This document shows, in pieces, positions 11,068-25,379 of a stretch of 64,000 nucleotides of DNA. The stretch lies in assembly GCA_964016885.1 (NCBI GenBank), contig OZ024755.1, forward strand, positions 13,640,001 to 13,704,000, read 5' to 3'. Under the pieces are notes generated by a model. It ran no database searches. It was not told where the DNA came from and saw only the letters and a program-made list of their open reading frames with translations. The position numbers and the translations under genes were made by a program. Numbering within the stretch: position 1 is the first letter of the stretch; each line of letters starts with the position of its first letter. Source of the stretch: Eledone cirrhosa. Taxonomy: Eukaryota.

Positions 11068-12225
11068 ATGGTGTTCATGATGGTGGTGGCTGTGATGGTG
11101 GTGGTGGCTGTGATGATGGTGGTGGCTGTGATGATGGTGGTGGCTGTGATGATGGTGGTGGCTGTGATGGTGGTGGTGGTGGCTGTGATGGTGGTGGTGG
11201 CTGTGATGATGGTGGTGGCTGTGATGATGGTGGTGGCTGTGATGGTGGTTGTGATGGTGGTGGTGGCTGTGATGATGGTGGTGGCTGTGATGGTGGTGGT
11301 GGCTGTGATGATGGTGGTGGCTGTGATGGTGGTGGTGGCTGTGATGATGGTGGTTGTGATGGTGGTGGTGGCTGTGATGGTGGTGGTGGTTGTGATGATG
11401 GTGGTGGCTGTGATGGTGGTGGTGGCTGTGATGATGGTGGTGGCTGTGATGGTGGTGGTGGCTGTGATGAAGGTGGTGGCTGTGATGGTGGTTGTGATGG
11501 TGGTGGTGGCTGTGATGGTGGTGGTGGTTGTGATGGTGGTGGTGGCTGTGATGATGGTGGTGGCTGTGATGATGGTGGTGGCTGTGATGGTGGTGGTGGC
11601 TGTGATGGTGGTGGTGGCTGTGATGATGGTGGTGGCTGTGATGGTGGTGGTGGCTGTGATGGTGGTGGTGGCTGTGATGATGGTGGTGGTGGTGGTTGTG
11701 ATGGTGGTGGTGGCTGTGATGATGGTGGTGGCTGTTATGATGGTGGTGGCTGTGATGGTGGTGGTGGTGGTTGTGGTGGTGGTGGTGGTGGTGGTTGTGG
11801 TGGTGGTGGCTGTGATGGTGGCTGTGATGGTGGTGGTGGCTGTGATGGTGGCTGTGATGGTGGCTGTGATGGTGGTGGTGGCTGTGATGGTGGCTGTGAT
11901 GGTGGTGGTGGCTGTGATGGTGGTGGTGGTGGCTGTGATGATGGTGGTGGTGGCTGTGGTTGTGGCTGTGATGGTGGCTGTGATGATGGTGGTGGTGGCT
12001 GTGGTGGTGGTGGCTGTGATGGTGGCTGTGATGGTGGTGGTGGCTGTGATGGTGGAGGTGGCGGTGATGGTGGATGTGGCGGTAGCTGTGATGAAGGTGG
12101 TGGTGGCTGTGATGGTGGTGGTGGTCGTGACGATGGTAGTGGCTGCGATAATAGTGTTGGCTGTGATGATGATGATGACGACAGCAGTCATGATGGTGAT
12201 AATGGTGTTGATGGTGTTCATGGGA
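11068..12225. repeat. GGT-rich minisatellite (GGTGGTGGCTGTGAT[GAT]), mostly 18-bp units
   Basis: Visible directly; explains four overlapping low-complexity ORFs. Confidence 0.95.
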
Positions 12226-15084
12226 GTGAGAAGAAGACAATTATGTTGATGCTGATGCTGATAATCGTAGTGATAGGGAAGAGGAAAGCCATCATAACGA
12301 CTCAGCCGTATAGTTAATGCTAAAATGACATTTATTTCAATGTATGACAGAGGAGATTAGGACAGAAAAAAAGAGATACAGAATGTGTGTGCGCGCGTGT
12401 GCGTGTGCGTGCGTGTGTGTGTGTTTTGTGCATGCGTGCGTGTGTGTGTAGCAGCGTTATGATCTTTGTTGGGTGGCAAAAATGATAAAGCGCCGAACAA
12501 AATATTCTTAGCTATATATCATAGTTACCTCCCTTCTCTGTTAACAGTTCATATTCAGCTGGAGCTGGAAAACGTTACAAGTCAAGCCGTGTTATCGATT
12601 TAATCAACTAAATCATCTTTATCTGCCCGCCCGTAATGCCTGATGGATTGGTAGGGGTGTCGGAATGTCACAGGAACTTTAAAGATGGTGAAGCAGACCC
12701 CCTCTCTAAGTCAGAGCAGCCGAATTCTTCCAGAGAAAGAAAGTGAGAAAGAGACCTCAGGGCTAGACTAATATCTCTTTTTATCGTCCCCGGAGGGGTT
12801 TGAGCTCATGGAGAGCAGGGAGTTGGAACGGAAACCGTAAAGCATTCTATCCGATGTTCTTACGGCTATGTCAATTCACCACCTTGTGTGTGCGTGAGAA
12901 ATCATAAATATATAGCCGCCACTTAATGGTTGCTTAAACCCAAGTAGGTTCTCATCTCGAAGAAGAAAATGAACAGGACTCGAACGTCCATTACATTCTC
13001 TCCTGTCAGCTAGTGTACTGACAATGACTAGCTGAAATACTTATAATATGCCCTAAGTCCATCACCATTTCTGCCAGACACTGAAATCCTAGTTTTTTTT
13101 CACTCGTGTCATGAGGCAGGATTTGAACGCAGTCGCTTAACGCTACGAAAACTGGGATAAGCATTGGCCTGGTGAACCACCGGGCTCGAGATAGACTTTA
13201 GACTTAGAAAATAGATTTCCGTTGGTTTCAAAGATGAGTATTCAATTGTTCGATCCATTAAACCACATGCTCATTGAATTAACATGTAAATGGATGAGTG
13301 TTTCACAGACACGCGTACCATCTTATGTCGACCCGGGTCTATGGTAGAGACACTTGCTCAAGATGCGAAGCAGTGAAATCTATGCAGAAACGAAATTCTT
13401 AGTCATTGAATCATATTTCTTCTATGATATATGTGGGGAATATGGACTAAATCAATTGCATTTGCCCCCCAATCACAGCGTGGTGGTTATGTATCAAATC
13501 CACCCCATCTCTTTACATATAGTGCTCTCGGTGAGGTATCTAGTATTTGTACCACCCGGGGCTATCACTGAGTTTGCCATTCACCCTACGAACCATACTT
13601 AACAAAAATTGCTGTCCAGTGTAGAACCCACCCCACCCTACCCTATTTCGTCTCTAGTAGTGTGTGGTGATTTTGCATCAAATCCTCTTTAATTCTTCCG
13701 TGGGTGTAGGGACCTTATACAGAACCGGCGTTACTAAGGGCGCAGATCTTGGAGGAAAGCATAATTGAGCCCTAAATATTAACAATTTTATTAAAATGAT
13801 TATAAATAAACTGAGTATATAATTTATGGTGTTTATTACATGTAACATAATTTGACGTGTGGACTGTGTAATAGAAAATGCAGGATAAGTAATTTTTCTA
13901 GTTTTGGACACTTCTTGCTCGGACAACACTAAGTTTTTCAGCTAGCCATACATTCTTCCACAAAGCTATCCTTGCATATAGCCAGCCATCCCTTCATCCA
14001 TACAGTGATCCAGCCAGCTATCCTTCCATCTACCAGATAACTAGCCTTCCACCCAGACAGAGATCCCTACTTCCTGCCAGTTGTCCTTCAAGCCAGTCAG
14101 CCAGTTACCACTCTAACCCTCCAGTCAGTCAAGTAGCTACCCCTCTATCCCTCCCTCCATCCAACTACCCCCCCCCCCCCAGTCGGCCAGCTACCCTTCC
14201 ATCCAACCAATTGTCCGTCTAGCCGGCCAACTAGCTAATCCTCCATCCGAGTAGCTGGCCAGCAAGACAACCATTCAATCAGCAATTCATCCAGCCAACT
14301 ATTCATCAACTCAAATCCCACAGCTATCAGCCCTACAACCCTTCAATTTGTCATCATCCAGCCAATTAGCCATCTATTTAGACAGTCATCTATTTAGCTA
14401 TTATTAAGTCAGTCCAACCAACCAATGCACGCGTGATGCTATATGACCAAGAACAACTGTCAGTGGTGTGTCACAGAAAGCCAGCAGCCGTCCTCAATTC
14501 AACAAACATCGCTAAACCAACTTATTTACCCCCTCAGATGCATTCATTTATTCATTCATCCATCCATGCATACACCTTGCTCGCTTTGCTACCATTTAGC
14601 TATCTATCCATTCATCCATCCACCGATCCATCCAACCATCCATCCAGCTTGCTTGTTTACTACCAACTAGCAATCCATCCATCTATCTGTCCAGCTTGCT
14701 TGCTTACTACCATTTAGCCATCCGCCCGTCCATCCAACCTACCAGCCAACAAACTTGCCTATTCACTTGCTGGCTTGCTGAATTGCTTGCTTGCTTACTT
14801 GCTACTTGGACCAACTCAATTAATGCATCACTATCATCACGATCATCTTGTTAATGATAACCGGGTGGCTGGGTGTCATAGGAAAAACAATGATTTCTCC
14901 TTTAGACTTAAGAGCAGAAATTTGAGTGAGAGAAAAGTCGATTACATCGGCCCAGTATGTGACTGGTATTTTATTTTCATCTAGCCCAGAAAGATGAAAG
15001 GCGGAGTTGACTTCTGCAGGAAAAAATAACACACATACATAAAAGACAAAACGAAAATCCTTCCGTACATTCGACTTTACACTA

Positions 15085-15525
15085 GCATCGTCATCATCAC
15101 CAGTGTCGCCGCCACTATCACCGCTAACACTATCCTCGCCAACACCATCATCACCACTACTACCAATGCCACCACCATCTCCACCACCAACATTATCCTC
15201 AGCACCAACACTGCCATCACCAACACTACCTCTACCAGCATCCCCTTCTAACATCAACACCACTACCACCAACACCAGCATCACTACGATCACCACTAAC
15301 AACACCCCCACCCCCAGAACCACCACCACCACCATCATTATCATCATCATCATCACGAACACTACCATCACTACCAACACCATCACTGTCATCGTCATCT
15401 TCGTCGCCGTCATCTTCGTCGTTGTCACCAACAGCAACGTTAGTAGCAATAGTAGGGCTATGGCAGCAGCAGAAGTAGCAGCGGAAACAACAGCAGCAGT
15501 AGTAGCAGTAGTAATAGTAGCAGTC
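15085..15525. repeat. (CAC/CAT/CAG)n low-complexity tract
   Basis: Degenerate trinucleotide repeats. Confidence 0.85.
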
Positions 15526-15669
15526 CAAGAACAACGCCCACCGCAGTAAATAGTAAATTACACGTTAAAACCTTCAAATATGAGAACAACGAACGAAACA
15601 TAGACACGTATATAATATATAATCATCTTCTATTCATTCATACATGTTTAGAAACACACACACACACAT

Positions 15670-15709
<40 letters not shown>

Positions 15710-15850
15710 GTATGCACACACATAAATACACATATACATGCATGCGCACACAAATATACTCATGCATGCACACACTTATACACACATGCACGAACACACA
15801 TATATACTCATGCATTCTCATACACATATACACGTACATACATACATATA

Positions 15851-16046
15851 TACAAGGGTCGCCTGAAACGTTCATAGGCAGACTAAGATACTCTCATGAA
15901 ATGACCAAATGAGGGTTATTTTTCAACATATTCCCTGGAAAGAAACAATGCAGTTATTAATAAGAAGAGTTGAAGTTAATACACGCAAGATTTCACAGTT
16001 CTAGCATTACTCCTTCATAGTTAGCACTTTTCAGCCTACCCTCCTA
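15851..16046 (+). mobile_element. Mariner-like MITE (family M2)
   Basis: TACAAGGGTCGCCTGAAACGTTCATA ... ACTTTTCAGCCTACCCTCCTA; body homologous to 10007. Confidence 0.8.
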
Positions 16047-16261
16047 TATCCATGCATACATTTATATATAAATATTGTTGCATACATACATGCATGCATA
16101 CACATTCGTTCATCCATCTATGCATGTTTGTGCATACATATATATATATATAAAGGTATTAGATTGGTCGCGTTGTTAAGAGCGTTGAAAAAATGTTTTG
16201 GAATATTTAGTTTCAGCTTTTTACGTTCTGAGATCAAATCCTGCTGGAGTCAACTTTGGTT

Positions 16262-16564
16262 TACGAGGGTTGACTGAAAAGTTCACCGGCTACCTATGAA
16301 GGAGTGATGCTAGAGCTGTGAAATTTTACATGCATTAATTTCACTCTTCTTATTAATAATTGCATAGTTTCTTTCCAGGGACTATGTTGAAAAATAAACC
16401 TCATTTGGTCATTCCATGAGAGTATCTTGATAGGGTAACTATGAAGGAGTAATGTTAGAGCTGTGAAATCTTGCATGCATTAATTTCAACTCTTCTTATT
16501 AATAATTGCATAGTTTCTTTCTAGGGACTATGTTGGAAAATAAACCTCATTTGGTTATTCCATG
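16262..16564 (-). mobile_element. Mariner-like MITE (family M2), inverted, with ~145-bp internal tandem duplication, interrupting a SINE
   Basis: TACGAGGGTTGACTGAAAAGTTC end; CTATGAAGGAGT...CTCATTTGGT occurs twice. Confidence 0.8.
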
Positions 16565-17118
16565 CAACTGATTAAATAAAATAATCTATATCGAACAATT
16601 AAGTTCGATTTCATTGATTGCCGATCAATACTAACATGTGGTGTGCTCACATTGTATATATGTAGAACTGAAATTCCCACCTGGCCATGGGGCTCCATAC
16701 GACAGGTGACAGGACACACCTGTTGGAGTAGATTGCTAAGCACATGAATATTATCCGTCAGTGCCATCCCATATTATTGTGACACACACACACACACTAC
16801 CATTCACTCACACGCACTACTATTCACTTACACACGCACACACACTACGATTCATACACATCATCATTCATTCACACATACACACAAACTACAATTCATT
16901 CTAACACACACACACACACACACTATCATTCCCTCACACACATATACACATTATTATTCACTCACACACTAACATTCACGCCAACACATACATACCCATC
17001 ATTCACTCACACACACTATCATTCACTCACATACACATTATCATTCACACACATACACACTAACGTTCACACACGTACACCCACTATAATTCACACACAG
17101 ACACACACATACCCTATA

Positions 17119-17194
<76 letters not shown>

Positions 17195-17649
17195 ATTCAC
17201 ACACACACACACTATCCTTCATTCACAAATATATTCCTCCAGTAAGAGAATTGCATTAAGAATGCTAACACAAAGGCAAAACATCCACAATTATAGTATA
17301 TCATTACATACATACATTAATATATGTTAGTACCTACATACACTAACATACTATATAATATATACACCATGAGTCGACTCTTCTACGTTTCTGGGTATAT
17401 TTTTCTTTTATATTAACTCAAGGCCGATTTTTCCATGGAAATATTGTCTCCATATGTCACATCTGATGGTTGCTTGAGGCCTTGGGAGGAATTGGTGAAT
17501 CTATTTCGTCTTAGCCTTTTATCCTTTTTATCAATTCTATGACTATATCCTTCACAATGTTCTCTATTGATCTTGATAAGATTATGCCAAGTTGTCCTAT
17601 CTTCCCTCTGTTGTTCCTAGACTGTCACGTCAAAATCCTCCAAAATGCA

Positions 17650-17706
<57 letters not shown>

Positions 17707-17809
17707 TACAAGATATGCATACATATATATATATATATATATACATATATACATACAAGATATGCATATATATATATATATATATAAATAGATATACATA
17801 CAAGATATG

Positions 17810-17853
<44 letters not shown>

Positions 17854-18904
17854 CATACAAGATATGCATACATATATATACATATATATATATATATACA
17901 TATACATACATACATACAAGATATGCATACATACATATATATATACATATATATATATATACACATATATACATATGCATATATATATATACACATATAT
18001 ACACACATATATATATACACATATATATATACACACACACATATATATATATACACACACATATATATATATACACACACATATATATATACACACACAC
18101 ATATATATATACACACACATATATATATATACACACACATATATATATATACACACACATATATATATATATATACACATATATATATATACACACATAT
18201 ATATATATACACATACACACATATATATATATACACACATATATATATATATACACATATATATATATACACATACACATATATATATATATACACACAT
18301 ATATATATATATACACATATATATATATATACACATATATATATATATATACACATATATATATATATACACATATATATATATATACACATATATATAT
18401 ATACACACACATATATATATATACACATATATATATATACACACACATATATATATATACACATATATATATACACACATATATATATATATACACATAT
18501 ATATATATACACACATATATATATATATACACATATATATATATACACACATATATATATATACACACATATATATACACATATTTATACATATATACAT
18601 ATACATATACATACACATATATATATATACACATATATATATATACATATATATATATATACATATATATACACATATATATATATACATATACATATCT
18701 ACATATACACATATACACATATACATATATACATATACATATATATACATATACATATATACATATACACATATACATATATACATATATATACATACAA
18801 GATATGTATACATATATACATACATATATATATATGCATACATATATATATATATACATACAAGATATGTATGCATATATACATATATATACATGCATGT
18901 ATAT

Positions 18905-18937
<33 letters not shown>

Positions 18938-19180
18938 CATACAAGATATGTATGCATATATACATATATATACATACAATATATGCATGTATATATACAT
19001 ACATATATGTACATACAATATATGCATGTATATATACATACATATAATATATACATACAATATATGCATATATATATATATACACACAATATATGCATGC
19101 ATATATACACACATATATATAATATATGCAAATATATGCGTGCTTACAATATTTACATGCATATATGCATACTTACATAC
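17650..19180. repeat. Compound (TA)/(CA) microsatellite tract
   Basis: Visible directly; recurring CATACAAGATATGCAT sub-unit. Confidence 0.99.
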
Positions 19181-19398
19181 ATATGTTTTGAAATTTAAGC
19201 TTTTGCAATCCAAGAGTAGAAGATAGTTTATGAAATAACCGAATGAACAAAAAAGAAAGCAAAACACCAGTGAAGCCCTTAAAGATTCAAGATGCAAGCG
19301 AAAATGTCAACTATGTCACATTTTTGTAGATAATATCATTCATATAATCTATAGCTGCCCAGATATGTTATGAAGAGACTATCTTCAAATGCGACATA

Positions 19399-19506
19399 AT
19401 AATTGTTTCTACTTTAAGCACAAGGCCAGCAATTACCCAGTGCATTACTGGTACTTTATTTTATCAACCCCGTGAGGATGAAAGGCAAAGTTAACTTCGG
19501 CGGGAT
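19399..19506 (-). mobile_element. 5'-truncated young family A SINE
   Basis: AATTGTTTCTACTTTAAGCACAAGGCCAGC..GGATGAAAGGCAAAGTTAAC. Confidence 0.85.
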
Positions 19507-19599
19507 AATGTAACATAATAATGCTCTTAAAACAACATACAATGTCATCCATAAGAAAGACTTCTCGGATAAATATAAAGAATACATCTATTGTTAGAT

Positions 19600-19916
19600 A
19601 TACTGCTGAGGGTATCGTAGGGGCGCCATATTGAAATACAGTGTTTCTAGGGCAGTTTTAAAAACCTGGTGGAGTCTATCTCTCCAGGTCTGGATACAGC
19701 AGATTTCTTCCAGAGAAGGATAGAGAGAAAGGAAGTGAGAAAGAGACACAGAGGAAGAATTGACCCCAATACTTGACTGATACTTTTTCATCGACCTAGA
19801 ATGGATGAAAGGCAAAGTTGACGTCGACGGATTCTGAATTTAGAGAGCAGAAAGCTGAAAGGATTACCTCAAAACATTCTATACGACGTTCTAACGACTC
19901 TGCCAATTCACCGCCT
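19600..19916 (-). mobile_element. Long-form family A SINE
   Basis: Ends CTCTGCCAATTCACCGCCT (reverse complement of head AGGCGGTGAATTGGCAGAG). Confidence 0.8.
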
Positions 19917-20105
19917 GTTGTTGTTGTTCTTTTCGTATCTTCGAAGCATGTGGTTATATGACAGTTTCCAATTTCTTTACACAGTCATTTGCATTATTAT
20001 TAAATTCTGCGAGATCTTTTTGGTTGGGTAGTAAAGGGCAAACAAGGCAGTGCTGCATCGTATGGTCCTCTTCTCCGCATTCGCAGATGGTTGGGCCTGT
20101 TGTTG
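19917..20105 (-). mobile_element. 3' end of a non-LTR retrotransposon with CCHC zinc knuckle and (CAA)n tail
   Basis: GPTICECGEEDHTMQHCLVCPLLP..DLAEFNNNANDCVKKLETVI* followed by a short UTR and AACAACAAC tail. Confidence 0.7.
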
Positions 20106-20439
20106 AATATATACATACATGCCAAAACAAGAAATATTGGTGGATTATTCCCATCAAAACTTTCATCAAGTGCAAACATAACAAGCGTCAAAGTGTTACT
20201 GGTAGCAACTTGTATCGGCGTTCAACCAAGATGATTTGAGCGGGATCCTACCTACCAGGGCTGGATTAAACATTAAGCAAAATAATTACATGTTTAGAGC
20301 ATCAGGGGAAAAGGAGCACCACGGAGAATTTCCATTGTCGAATCTACCATAGGGCATATAGTGTAGCTGAAGTACACAAAAAGGTCGACAACAAATGAGT
20401 TAAAGAAATGTTCAATACATTATGTATAGAACTTACTTT

Positions 20440-20602
20440 TATACTTATGGCCTATTATGTTCTGAGTTCAAATCCCGCTGAGGTTAGCTTTGCCTTTCAT
20501 CCATACAAGGTCTATAAAATAAAGTATCAGTAACGCACTGGGGTTGATTTAATGGACTCTCCCCGCCAAAGTGTTGGCCCTGTGACTAAAGCAGAAACCA
20601 TT
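20440..20602 (+). mobile_element. Family A SINE
   Basis: GAGTTCAAATCCCGCTGAGGTTAGCTTTGCCTTTCATCC core. Confidence 0.8.
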
Positions 20603-20707
20603 TAGAATGTTGTATTGTATAGTTACTGTTTGTTGATATCGAACTCAGTATTATGTGATTTCAGACCGAGCTTTATAACCTCGTGGCTAGTGTCTAATTG
20701 TAGACAT

Positions 20708-20896
20708 CGGTGGATTGACAGTGTCGGTAGAAGGTCGGACGCCATGCTTTGACGCATAGAGTTACGGCCCTTGTCATTCTGAGTTCAAATCCCGCCGAGG
20801 TTAACTTTGCCTTTCATCCTTACGGGGTCGATAAAATAAAGTACCAGTAATGCACTGGGTAATTGTTGGCCTTGTGTCTAACGTAGAAACAATTAT
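20708..20896 (+). mobile_element. Young family A SINE subfamily
   Basis: Near-identical to 7449-7635. Confidence 0.9.
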
Positions 20897-22169
20897 TAAT
20901 ATTAACAGTTGCCACGGCCATCTTGATTCACAGGCCTCTAAGTTTTAGTTTGAGATGTCGGTTTCTAAAAATATACTGATCAAACGAATGATCAAAAAAC
21001 CAGCCGAGGCCAATTCTCTACACTTAAAATGCTATATTCCCTTACTCCGTTATCACTTATCTATTATTATGTGTTATCTATTTCTCTCTCCTGTATTTAA
21101 CAAAGTTCTATCAAGCCAGTTTCCAATACATGTGCCACATTACAGCCAATGACAGCAAAGGAATTCTGTTCTGGAAAAAGTTGTAAAATTGGGAGAACGT
21201 TCACTTCTATCTTTACGTAATAGCAAAAAAAGCAGAGAAAAACAAAAGAAAAAAAACTTTGAAGCAACTTCTACTAAACATTTTTTCTTCTTTCACCCAT
21301 TAAACCAGGTTTTATTGAAAATCTTTTAAGTCTAAAATTTTACTTACTTCTCTGAGTTGTGAAAACTTCATCGGCAAAATAGATTTCGTCGACTACATTT
21401 GAACTTCCATAAAAAAATAATACTGGTGAAGATCTGTTGCTGTTTCGAGAAGTTTTTCCCCCACAAATGACGTTCTACGCATCCCAAATGAAAGGTTAGA
21501 AAACTGTTGAAGCTAATTACATACCCTTAAAACACTGCAGTGTTTTCTGCTTTTATTATTTATCAATATTATGTTTCGTATTCTGCATTCGACTTTTTCT
21601 TTGCATTAAACCAATTTTTAATGGATGTATCATGTTACAGCAAACGATAAAGGCAGTCTATCGCATTCTATCTGCAAGACTATTATCTATCTGACACAAG
21701 TAACCTTCATATTTTATTCTTATTTACTGTATTGTCAGGGGAGAGAAAGCAGTATCCATGACCCTTAACTGGTCCCCAGAAACTGCCAGGAGAGAGATTT
21801 TCCCTTACCAGAGATCTGGTACAAATGCTTGCGGCAGTGGAGCCTCCGCTAAAGACACCCAAGATACATGTGGTAGTATTAAACCGAGCGAGGGCTAAAG
21901 TCTACCTCCCAAGTAGGCCACAATGCAATTTAATCTCAAAACGCAAAGAGCCGAAACAAAGACTGCAAGTTATCACATCGAATCCTTTAACAATTCCACC
22001 ATCCCACCAGACTGGTAATATATCTTATCGTCTCCGAAAGGATCAAAGACAAAGTTGACTTTGGCGTGATTTGAATTCAGTGCGCAGAGGTTCGAAACAA
22101 ATGTGTTATGCTCTAATGTTTTTGCCAAGTCACCTACGATGGTTCCAGCATTTATTATGTTAAGGTATG

Positions 22170-22497
22170 GACCTGTAACTCCCGATGAAGCCGTAATGAT
22201 GCCGTATTGATATATGGTGTTTCTTAGGGCATTTTAAAACCTGGTGGAACCCATCTCCTCTCCAGGTCTAAACACAGCAAATTATTTCAGAGAAGGATAG
22301 AGCGGTAGAATGAAGTGACAAAGAAATATAGAGGAAGAATCGACCCTAGTACTAGATTGATACCTTTTTATCAATCCCGAAAGGATGAAATGCAAAGCTG
22401 ACCTCGGTGGGATTTCAACTCAGAGACCGGAGAGCTGGAACCAATACCGCAAATAACTCTACCCGACGTTCTAGCGACTCTACCAATTCGCCGCCTA
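22170..22497 (-). mobile_element. Long-form family A SINE
   Basis: Collinear with 19600-19916. Confidence 0.8.
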
Positions 22498-22774
22498 TAG
22501 CGTTCATTATATATCTCCTTTAATTGACACTAAATCTTCCAGCAGATATATTGGTCGAATGTGATGTTATGTAATCAGAGCATTTTCTTAATATCTCTTT
22601 TTATTTGTATATTTGTCCAAGAGGATTTCCAATCACTGACATGTGTCTATTACAAGTAGTTAGATGAGAGCCGTTTGAGTGTCATTTGTCTCCGGACAGT
22701 GATCAGATTGAAGGCAAACGTCATTACATTCCTGACTTTAATTTGTCTTTATCAACATCTGCGCCATGAGTGTC

Positions 22775-23760
22775 ACCCCCACAAGTATCACCATCAACAA
22801 CAGTGTCATCACCACCACCATCATCATCAGCACCAAGATCACCAGCACCAATATCATCAATACCACCACCACCACCAACAACATTATCCCCACTAGCATC
22901 ACGTGTACCAACCTCACTAACAACGCCACCGCTTCCAACAACGCCATCACTATCATCATCACCAACAGTATTATCACCACCAGCCTCACTAATAATACCA
23001 CCATCATCACCAACAACATTAACACTAACAACACCACCAGCCTCACTAATAATACCACCATCATCACCAACAACATTAACACTAACAACAACACCACTAC
23101 CACCAACAACATTACCATCAACAACAACATTTGCAGTACCATCATCGACATCATCACTAACATCATCACTAACATCAACACCACCACCAACAACAATACT
23201 AGCAGAACCATCATGGCTGTAATTTCCTTTCCATCTATTATCGACAGTATTTGTAATTTTACTTAAAACTTACAACTGCCAGAAATGTTAATTTCCTTGC
23301 CCACTGTAGCAATCAGTTTTTCACCACCACCACCACCACCACCACTATTATCAGAACCACTATGGCCACCATCACCACCACTACTATCAGAACCACTATG
23401 GCCACCATCACCACTACTACTATCAGAACCACTATGGCCACCATCACCACCACTATCAGAACCACTATGGCCACCATCACCACCACTATCAGAACCACTA
23501 TGGTCACCATCACCACCACCACAATCATTACCGCCATTGTCACCACTGCCATACCGGTCACAACATTCAACACCACCAACATAATCACCACTACTACGGT
23601 CACCATCACCACAACCACTATCATCAATACTATGGCCACCACCACCATCACCACCACCACCACAATCACAACCACCACTACAGCCACCAACACCACCACA
23701 ACAACAACCACCAATATCACTACAGCCTCTACCAATATCACAAATACAAACATCAGTATC
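22775..23760. repeat. (CAC/CAT/AAC)n low-complexity region containing a 33-36-bp minisatellite (~23345-23515)
   Basis: Unit CCACCATCACCACCACTA(CTA)TCAGAACCACTATGG x~5. Confidence 0.9.
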
Positions 23761-24524
23761 ACCCCAGTTAAATTAGTGTGGTATCCGAATCGTCAAGGGT
23801 TTGAATTCCATCACAGATACGGTTTTATCTCTGGTAGACAGAAATACTAAGCTATGTAGGCTCAATCCGTTTAACAGTAAACCACAACACTCATACCTCA
23901 ATACCAAAAGAACAAGGTCGACATGATGTCGGCATAATAGTTGAGGTTTCCGATCTCGTTACAGACCTTGCCAATCAAGCTCTAAATAAGGATTGTTATA
24001 AAAGCACGTGGCTTAGTGGTCAGGATGTTTAACTCATGATCGTAAGGTCATAAGATCGATCCCCGACAACGCGCTATCAAGAAATTTTATTCTACGTTGC
24101 TGCGCTCAGTTAGAGAAAATAAGTTTTACCTGTAATTCAAAGAATCAGCTTGTCCCACACTGTGTCATGATGAATCTCCATACGAATACAGGCGTCTGTG
24201 TCGTGCTCAGCTACTTGCACGTTAATCTAACGAAAAGGCTGTCTCGTTCAATCCGTTGTTCGAACGACTAGAACACTCCTCGACGTAACCGACGGAGGTC
24301 CAACGTCAACTATGAACTAGGGATTGCCATAAATAATTATAGATGGCTGTGAGAGTCAACAAAGAGGCCTCGATGTTGTCGACGAATCTATTTAGAAATA
24401 GTAGCCAAATGTCTCTTTAATATTTCTGTTCTATCACTTTTACGTACATCATATATACAACATATACATTTATACATATACATGTATGCTACAACAACTA
24501 CACAACCAATTATACATTTATATA

Positions 24525-24749
24525 CAGGGTGAGCATAGAGTCATTGAAACCACAAAACACACAGAGCTTTTTGTTTCATAGATGACATTTTGTTACTGAA
24601 AATTACAACTACTTCTTGTAGAAGAGAAAATGTAAAATATGTTTTATAAAAACTTTAAATTTATAAATTAAACAATGAAAAAGTAAAATCTCAAAAAGTA
24701 TCCGAAATATGGTATTTTATAATCAAAGAAAGACTTTATGATCATCCTG
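24525..24749. mobile_element. Tc1/mariner-like MITE
   Basis: TA-CAGGGTGAGCATAGAGTC ... GACTTTATGATCATCCTG imperfect TIRs. Confidence 0.65.
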
Positions 24750-24771
24750 TGTATATATATATATATATATA

Positions 24772-25379
24772 TGTCAGGTCACCAGTTGGTGCTACTGGTA
24801 ACATGTATCCCAGTACAACCTGTCCCATGGTCGGGTCGTTGGCGACTAAACTGGCAAAACCACCAAGGTTTCTTGGTGAGGAGGGTGACTTTGGACATCC
24901 TGCAGGACTAAAAGCAAAACCTGTCAAAGGGCAAAGGAGCTCTTAAGAGTCAATGGCCATCCAAAATCACCGGGAGAGATGACCCCTTAGCCTTTGTCAA
25001 GGCAGAATTCTAGGAAAAGGAAAACTCTGATATAACACCTGCAACCCTGATGGTATCCAATGATGTTGACTTCTTCTTTTTGGTAAATATCATCTTGGTT
25101 AAGAGAGTGGGACTGGCTTTGTTCAATGCCTTTGCTCACTATAAAAGCTTCGCGGCACAGGCATTGCTTTATATCTGGAGATCTCTCTGCACTTGTCGTC
25201 ACATGGTACCATGGGCCCAGCCCTATGTGTCAATAATTGTCAAAAGTGAAATGTTTGTACCAGAGTTTTCAAGTCGCTGGCTGGACTAAAAAGTCACACT
25301 CGTTCAGCGCATCGGTAGGGGTTCTCCTACATGGATATAAAGTAGTGGCCGTACCCGAAAACGAGTTGGCAGCCACCAT
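24772..25379 (+). mobile_element. ~610-bp non-autonomous RTE-derived (bipartite) retroelement in (TA)n
   Basis: Near-identical inverted copy at 59875-60485. 3' part encodes [20 protein letters not shown] and a terminal stem-loop GTGGC..CG-AAAA-CG..GCCAC. Confidence 0.85.

Noticed and set aside
10953-12317. 454-aa Gly/Cys/Asp ORF and antisense His-rich ORF (superficially like structural or beak proteins)
   Set aside because: Four frames are open because the GGT/GAT minisatellite lacks stops. No signal peptide, domain or splice context; similar tracts recur at 15.1 and 22.8 kb.
21735-21790. Pseudoknot GGGGA/TCCCC with GCAGT/ACTGC resembling HDV topology
   Set aside because: Lacks P3/L3, the P1.1 GG and the catalytic joiner; single copy.
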